Positions 46,692 through 52,256 of a DNA stretch of 52,256 nucleotides are shown piece after piece. Under the pieces are notes generated by a model. It saw only the letters and a list, made by a program, of their open reading frames with translations, was not told the origin of the DNA and did not search any database. The stretch is from Candidatus Woesearchaeota archaeon (GTDB lineage Archaea; Nanobdellota; Nanobdellia; Woesearchaeales; GW2011-AR9), in NCBI GenBank assembly GCA_016185725.1, contig JACPNA010000020.1:1-52256 (forward strand), given 5' to 3'. Made by a program: the position numbers and the translations under genes. The first letter of the stretch is position 1. The number at the start of each line of letters is the position of its first letter.

Positions 46692-48605
46692 ATGGCAAGA
46701 AAAAGATCAAGCGCAAGCATCCCTATCCCAATACGAGAGAAGGCAGAACTAGAGAGGAGAATTATAGATTTAGGAGAAGAGATTAAGTTTAAAGATGAAG
46801 AGATTAAGGCGTTAGGAGAGGCAAATGGAGAGCTTAATAGTAGATTGGGGGGAGAGGAAGAAAGAACTAGACATTATCAAGAGCAAGTGGGGGGTATTCG
46901 AAAGGAATATGACGCTCTTGCAAAAGAAGTTGATGAGCTTAAATCGGCTTATGAACTAATAGGCGAAGAAAAGGGAGAGGTTGTACTACAATTAAAAGAT
47001 GTGCAAGAAAGAGATATAGCGATGCGAATCGCGTATGAACTTCTTCTTAATAAGGTTAATACAACATTATCTCAAGAAAGAGAAGAAAGAGAAAGAGCAA
47101 TGGCAGAGTCATCACAACAAATCCAAGCGCAGAGTTTGGAGTTGGAGGGGGTATTTTCACGAGCCAATTGGCTTATTTTAGGATATACTTCCCTTGTACA
47201 AAATTTAGAAGAGAAACTGTGTTTTGAACAAAGTAAAGGAAAACAATTGGAAATGGAGAGAGAACGACTTATTAATGGTCATGCGACTACTCTGCACGAT
47301 AATGAGAGGGCATTAGAGGAAATAAACGCAGAATTACAAGAAAAAATAAGGGAATATGCTGAATATAAAAGAAAACACGAGGAGTATGTGACATGGTCAT
47401 GTGATCGTAACACTACATTGGAAAAAAAACTCCGGGGGGAGGAAGGAAAAAATTTTCAGTTAGGAATGGAAATGGGAAAATTATTAGGACGAATAAGAGC
47501 AACAGAACAAGAAAAAGAAGCACTACAACGGAAATTAAAAGAGTTAATATTTATTTCTGTGGAAGATACCAAAAAAATCAGAAAACAACATCAACATTTA
47601 GTTGATTTTGTTAATGTGAAGAAACGATTTAGGAAAATGTGTTTTCCAATAGAAGAAAGATTCCTTTCTTTAGCTGATAAATTCTATTTCTCAAAAGAAT
47701 TAAATAATACTGAACTAATTAATGAACTAAACGAACAATTCCAAGAATTTTTAGAAACAGAAGATAGTAAATATCATTATACTGCGCTCAAACTAGCAGA
47801 AGAGATGTTTACGCAACACCATACCAAAACAAGGATGTTCTATGATGTTCTCAATAGTATAGTGCTTTTAGAAATGCCGGTTTATCAGCAACTACGGGTA
47901 GGCTTACTCGCGTTAACGTTAACAAAAGAGGAGGTGACGATTAATACGGAAGAAATTCGATGTGCGAACAAAATTCTTACAGAGATTTCCAAGGAAGATC
48001 CAGCGTTGAAATTGAACTATAATAATCAGGTTCTACAGACGGCGGTGTATGCTTGTTCACAGATAATGGGGGAGAATGCACGAGCTCGTTTGCTGATGGG
48101 AAGTTATATTCTTCGAGAACAGTCTCTCAAAGAAAATGTGAATCCTGCATTACTGGAAGATGCGCGAGATTATTTTGCCCGGAGCGTTGCAGAAGATCAT
48201 TCTCTGGAAGGGGCATTACGAACGATTATAGCAGATTATGCCGAGAATACTCCCTTTGAATTGTTGAGGACGAGTTTCTCTGATTTGTTCCCACAAGTTA
48301 AAGAACTTTATATGATTAGTGATAAGGGGGAAAGAGATGAGGATGTTCAGGTTGGAGAAAAAAGAGAAGAGATGCATAAATTGGATGAGAGATATGCATT
48401 AAATTTATTATTAAATTCAACAGAAGAATCAACAATTTCTGAAGCTGCTGCTATTGCCAAAAAATTACGAGATGAGAAAAAAATATCAGAGAGTATTATT
48501 ATCTATGAAAAACTTACGGAAGTTGATCCGAATAATCATAATCATCATTATTTTTTAGCTACAACGTATGAACAAGTAAATAGATACGGGTTTAGCGCGA
48601 GTTAA
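46692..48605 (+). CDS. Long coiled-coil protein with C-terminal TPR-like cassette
   Basis: E/K/R-rich heptads; C-terminal ESIIIYEKLTEVDPNNHNHHYFLATTYEQ; ATG 46692 follows GAAAGG-TTTATAAA. Confidence 0.75.
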   Translation: MARKRSSASIPIPIREKAELERRIIDLGEEIKFKDEEIKALGEANGELNSRLGGEEERTRHYQEQVGGIRKEYDALAKEVDELKSAYELIGEEKGEVVLQLKDVQERDIAMRIAYELLLNKVNTTLSQEREERERAMAESSQQIQAQSLELEGVFSRANWLILGYTSLVQNLEEKLCFEQSKGKQLEMERERLINGHATTLHDNERALEEINAELQEKIREYAEYKRKHEEYVTWSCDRNTTLEKKLRGEEGKNFQLGMEMGKLLGRIRATEQEKEALQRKLKELIFISVEDTKKIRKQHQHLVDFVNVKKRFRKMCFPIEERFLSLADKFYFSKELNNTELINELNEQFQEFLETEDSKYHYTALKLAEEMFTQHHTKTRMFYDVLNSIVLLEMPVYQQLRVGLLALTLTKEEVTINTEEIRCANKILTEISKEDPALKLNYNNQVLQTAVYACSQIMGENARARLLMGSYILREQSLKENVNPALLEDARDYFARSVAEDHSLEGALRTIIADYAENTPFELLRTSFSDLFPQVKELYMISDKGERDEDVQVGEKREEMHKLDERYALNLLLNSTEESTISEAAAIAKKLRDEKKISESIIIYEKLTEVDPNNHNHHYFLATTYEQVNRYGFSAS

Positions 48606-48637
48606 TAAAAAATTAGGAGTTACGGATTAAATAAATC
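48444..48637 (+). repeat. Direct repeat copy A (141-bp block plus 53-bp block)
   Basis: 48444-48584 is identical to 49908-50048; 48585-48637 matches 50097-50149 with 2 mismatches. Confidence 0.95.
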
Positions 48638-48653
48638 TTTTTAAAATAAAAAA

Positions 48654-50096
48654 ATGACTTTAGAAAATTTCCTTATGCCTATCCAATGGTTAGGTGAATG
48701 TAAAGATAAGAGGATTGATTTATTTTCTTTTTTGGGAATAAATCCAAATGATTATTTTAAAACAGGGTTGGTTAATTATGATGAACAGGAACGTTTAATC
48801 CAAGATGTGCGGAAAAAACATGATGAAATCACAGCTAGAATTAATCAAGAAAAAGATCTTCCCTTAAAATTAAAACAATTAGGACAAACTTTGTGTGTTG
48901 ATGTTACCAAAGCAAAGGGGCTACTTGTCAATCCACAGCTGTATACAAATCCTAATCCTCAACAATCTTCTATTTCCGGTTCATATGTTGAACCAAGAGA
49001 TTATACGTTAGCAATGCAAAATATGCAGGCCACACCGCATACATTAAGTTATATTCTAGAAGTATATTTGCAAGCTATTGAAGCAATACAACAAATTCGT
49101 GAAGAAAGAAAAAATTTTGTGAGTGTATCGAGAGAACAACATGGAAGAGAATTACAATTATTAAGAACGCAAATTCAAGATGACCGAGTAAGATACGAAT
49201 TGGAAAAAGGGAAATTGATAGAAGCTAAATCTAGAGATGTGGCTGATGTTAAGAGAAAAATTGTTGAATTGCAAGAGAGAATATTAGATCTACAAGCTGA
49301 ACAACGTGTAGAATTAGCAGGAGAAAGAAAATCGAGAGAAATATTAGAACAAGAATATAAAAATAGACTTGCAGAAATAGAAAGAAAATATGAATTGTTG
49401 AAAACAGAATCTCAAGGAAAAAAAATTGGTTTGGAAAGCAATAGTAGAGCGTGGAGAGTATTATATACGGAGGATAAAGATTTATCTAAAATAGTACAAG
49501 AAGAATTGGCAGATAAAGAAAGAGAATATCAACAAAAAATTGCTGATTATGAAGCAAAAATAAAACTATTAGAAGAGGATGTTGCTAATAAAGTAGTAAT
49601 AGAGAATAAGATCATATTGAATAATTTATTAGAAAAAACCAAGGAAGTTGATTCATTAAAGAAAAGTAAGGTGGAATTGGACCAGAAATATACACGATTA
49701 ACCGCAGAATTAGAAGCTAAAACAAGGGAATTGGATGAAACAAAAGGAACATTTGAAGAAGCTAAACAACGTATGGCTAGTTTACAAAATAAGTTAGAAG
49801 AAGCGACAAAAAAATCGGATGATATTGGATTAAGAGTGGAATATGGTAATGCTATTCAAATGGTTTATTTATTATTTGAATCAAAAGAAGAACCGATAAT
49901 TTCTGCTGCTGCTGCTATTGCCAAAAAATTACGAGATGAGAAAAAAATATCAGAGAGTATTATTATCTATGAAAAACTTACGGAAGTTGATCCGAATAAT
50001 CATAATCATCATTATTTTTTAGCTACAACGTATGAACAAGTAAATAGAGGAAGCGAAAGAACAGTATTTGTTAGCAGGAAAGGGTTCTTCAGCTAG
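48654..50096 (+). CDS. Coiled-coil protein with J-domain-like N-terminus and the same TPR-like cassette
   Basis: DLFSFLGINP..DVTKAKGLLVNP (no HPD); long heptad region; shared cassette; tail possibly frameshifted. Confidence 0.72.
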   Translation: MTLENFLMPIQWLGECKDKRIDLFSFLGINPNDYFKTGLVNYDEQERLIQDVRKKHDEITARINQEKDLPLKLKQLGQTLCVDVTKAKGLLVNPQLYTNPNPQQSSISGSYVEPRDYTLAMQNMQATPHTLSYILEVYLQAIEAIQQIREERKNFVSVSREQHGRELQLLRTQIQDDRVRYELEKGKLIEAKSRDVADVKRKIVELQERILDLQAEQRVELAGERKSREILEQEYKNRLAEIERKYELLKTESQGKKIGLESNSRAWRVLYTEDKDLSKIVQEELADKEREYQQKIADYEAKIKLLEEDVANKVVIENKIILNNLLEKTKEVDSLKKSKVELDQKYTRLTAELEAKTRELDETKGTFEEAKQRMASLQNKLEEATKKSDDIGLRVEYGNAIQMVYLLFESKEEPIISAAAAIAKKLRDEKKISESIIIYEKLTEVDPNNHNHHYFLATTYEQVNRGSERTVFVSRKGFFS

Positions 50097-50149
50097 TACG
50101 GGTTTAGCGCGAGTTAATAAAAAATTGGAAGTTACGGATTAAATAAATC
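49908..50149 (+). repeat. Direct repeat copy B, with 48 extra bp (50049-50096)
   Basis: Matches copy A; the final 18 bp are the 3' end of herA on the minus strand. Confidence 0.95.
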
Positions 50150-51652
50150 GGTATTTATCGAATACTTATTGTTATTATTATTTATCTTAACATATTCTTT
50201 GAACAAGGGTACTTTTACAGGAACGGCAAAATGTGTAAAAGTTGAGGTAACTAAGGCTTCGCCTTTATCTAAAGAGGCAATATTTCTATTATCTTGACTC
50301 AAATCTTGCGGAGCACTTTCAATAACTGCTTGGCGTTCGGAGTTCATTTCTAAGCCGAGAATTATTTTTGTATTCATATTAGCTAAGATTTGTTTAGGTA
50401 TCTCTGAAGGCAGCTGAGTGATGGCGATTAGACCTATTTTAAATTTTCTTCCTTCGCGAGCGATGGTTTCAAAGATATTACTGCCTTGTTCCAAAACAGA
50501 TTTGCCTAAAACACGAGGAGCTTCTTCCAAGATAATGGAAACAACGGGTTTATCGTCTAGCAGTCCGGTGCGTTTGTAATACTTGTATTTATCAAATATC
50601 TCTGAAGAAATTATGGTGCCAACCATTATTTCAATGGCGCCGGAAAAAAAACTGGTATCGATAATGACAGTTTTGCCTTGTTCTAGGTCTTTGCACATTT
50701 CTGCGATAGTATTTTCTCCAGCAATATCATCAAAAATTCCGGTGCTAGTAATATGTCCGTTTTTAAGATCTAGGCTTAACAAAGAAATTAATCTCCTTTT
50801 GACTACAGCAAGAGTATCTTCATGAAATAGTACACCTTCAATACGTTTTTCTTCCAAGATACTTCTTATCCATAATTCTTTGAATTTTCGATGATATGCA
50901 TGCAAGCATTGGCGTTGCGGGTCACTGAAATTGATAGCTCCTTGGAAATGTTCTGGTTTCAATTTGGAAAGATTTATTTTAAGCGTTCGGGCTCCGGCAG
51001 GAGGATTGCTTGGTGTATAATAACTCACTTTTTGCTTTAGGGGATGATCTTTTAATCCTAAACCTATTCGGCCGTAATATTCATCATGGGGGTCGAGAAC
51101 TAATATGCCGGCGTAATCGTCATGGGTAATATTCCACAACATACAGGACATTAAATTTGATTTGCCTTTGCCAGTTGAGGCAGGAATTAAGATGTGATGA
51201 GAGAGAACGTCTTTACCAGAAAGGTTGATATCGAAGTCTAATTTTTGACTGCCACTTCTTAGTTTACCTAAGTATAGAGGATTTTTTGGTTGAGTGATGA
51301 AATGTAAATCTTCTTGGGAGATGGCTCTTACTTTACCGAAAAAAGGAGGTAATTTTTTGCATGTTTTGCTGTCGTTAGAAATGGTTAACAGTGGTTTTAA
51401 AAAAGCTAATTGGTAATTACGTAAGGTTTCGTCCATGATATCGTAACTGCCTTGTTCGAGATTCATGCCGGCAACCATTTCTAAATTTTGAACTGAAATT
51501 TGGCTGGCATAGATGAGATCATACACCTGGAGAATAAATTTTTCTTGGTGATGTTCGATGACAACCAGTTCTCCTAGTTCTATCTCTTGATCTGATTTTA
51601 CACGCATGATGACTTTACTGAAATCACCAGCAACCACTTGGCCTTTGAGCAT
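50132..51652 (-). CDS. herA: HerA DNA helicase/translocase (HAS-barrel plus DUF87)
   Basis: N-terminal barrel; [35 protein letters not shown]. Confidence 0.88.
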   Translation of the reverse strand: MLKGQVVAGDFSKVIMRVKSDQEIELGELVVIEHHQEKFILQVYDLIYASQISVQNLEMVAGMNLEQGSYDIMDETLRNYQLAFLKPLLTISNDSKTCKKLPPFFGKVRAISQEDLHFITQPKNPLYLGKLRSGSQKLDFDINLSGKDVLSHHILIPASTGKGKSNLMSCMLWNITHDDYAGILVLDPHDEYYGRIGLGLKDHPLKQKVSYYTPSNPPAGARTLKINLSKLKPEHFQGAINFSDPQRQCLHAYHRKFKELWIRSILEEKRIEGVLFHEDTLAVVKRRLISLLSLDLKNGHITSTGIFDDIAGENTIAEMCKDLEQGKTVIIDTSFFSGAIEIMVGTIISSEIFDKYKYYKRTGLLDDKPVVSIILEEAPRVLGKSVLEQGSNIFETIAREGRKFKIGLIAITQLPSEIPKQILANMNTKIILGLEMNSERQAVIESAPQDLSQDNRNIASLDKGEALVTSTFTHFAVPVKVPLFKEYVKINNNNNKYSINTDLFNP

Positions 51653-51765
51653 ATTTATTTTAGAATTGGTTTAGTTTTTAATAATTTATCTCCTTCAGGA
51701 TAATTTGGAAACAGTACATAAATGGAATAATAATCTTTATAAATAAGCCTCATTTTTAGTTTGAT

Positions 51766-52020
51766 ATGGAAGCAGTGGTCATTCATTATCGTCAAGGAAG
51801 ACATCATGTCAATCCGCATCAGATGGTTCTTAAGGTAGCGGATACAGTTGAAGATGCCCAGAAAGTAATTGGTAAGACGGCTAGTTGGACTTCTCCGGCG
51901 GGCAAGATTATCAGCGGAAAAATTTCAGCGTTGCATGGTCGTAAGGGTAGTGTTCGAGTTATTTTCGCTGATAAGGGTTTGCCGGGACAAGCGTTAGGTC
52001 AGAAAGTTAAAATTCAATAG
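51766..52020 (+). CDS. rpl35ae: 50S ribosomal protein L35Ae
   Basis: YRQGRH, GKISALHGRKGSVRVIF..GLPGQALG. Confidence 0.95.
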   Translation: MEAVVIHYRQGRHHVNPHQMVLKVADTVEDAQKVIGKTASWTSPAGKIISGKISALHGRKGSVRVIFADKGLPGQALGQKVKIQ

Positions 52021-52140
52021 AATGTTTGGAGAAGGATAATTTCTGATAGTATAAGGGATGTTTAATTATTTTAAGTTAATTACTACTAGTTAGTAAATAA
52101 AATAGAAAAGTTTAAAAATAAAGCTTATTTTTAAAGAATA

Positions 52141-52256
52141 ATGGCAGAATTAACTTCCTTAGAAGATTGTGTGAAAGCAGAGATAAATATGTTCTCGGTC
52201 TTTGGTATCGACCTTAAGCATTATTACGTCAACGGCTGTAATCTTCAAGAAGAGGA
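52141..52256 (+). CDS. Partial hypothetical protein (runs off the window), N-terminus similar to 48654-50096
   Basis: MAELTSLEDCVKAEINMFSVFGIDLKHYYVNGCNLQEE; TATA-like TTTAAAAA upstream. Confidence 0.6.
   Translation, partial: MAELTSLEDCVKAEINMFSVFGIDLKHYYVNGCNLQEE

Noticed and set aside
48405..50149. Diversity-generating retroelement (TR/VR pair)
   Set aside because: Mismatches are not confined to adenines of one copy, the core is identical, both copies are coding, and no reverse transcriptase is in the window
50132..51652. herA as part of a defence system or herA-nurA-mre11-rad50 operon
   Set aside because: No nuclease, SIR2 or repair partner adjacent; the neighbouring coiled-coil proteins lack Walker A, zinc-hook or signature motifs of Rad50/SMC

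Overview
Gene-dense, AT-rich chromosomal segment from an archaeon. Archaeal markers include aIF5B, aIF1A, aEF1-beta, L14e, L34e, L35Ae, thermosome, pelota, Trm1 and BRE/TATA promoters. Gene content suggests a DPANN lineage, probably Woesearchaeota-like (inference). Most of the window is translation and tRNA housekeeping mixed with surface/membrane hypotheticals. Two intron-containing tRNAs were read by hand: tRNA-Trp(CCA) with two introns (37/38 and a non-canonical 59/60) and tRNA-His(GTG) with one. Main leads: (1) a 139-bp structured dispersed repeat in two full copies and one partial copy; (2) a divergent RelA/SpoT-type synthetase-only gene; (3) a membrane-anchored wHTH regulator with candidate GGAACA operators and a G10 tract amid S-layer-like paralogues; (4) bacterial-type lipid/lipoprotein enzymes (GpsA, LspA, a PgsA-like/DAG-kinase fusion); (5) a co-oriented cluster of a HerA/VirB4-like ATPase, a pilin-like gene and paralogous exported proteins; (6) a PRTase-like/HAD/nucleoside-phosphorylase cassette between tRNA-His and hisS; (7) coiled-coil genes sharing a duplicated 3' cassette that ends inside herA. 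Several broken reading frames (rtcA amber, pheS, the duplicated cassette) may be assembly errors. No CRISPR array, transposase, integrase or reverse transcriptase was seen. All protein calls come from motif recognition by eye; no database search was run.
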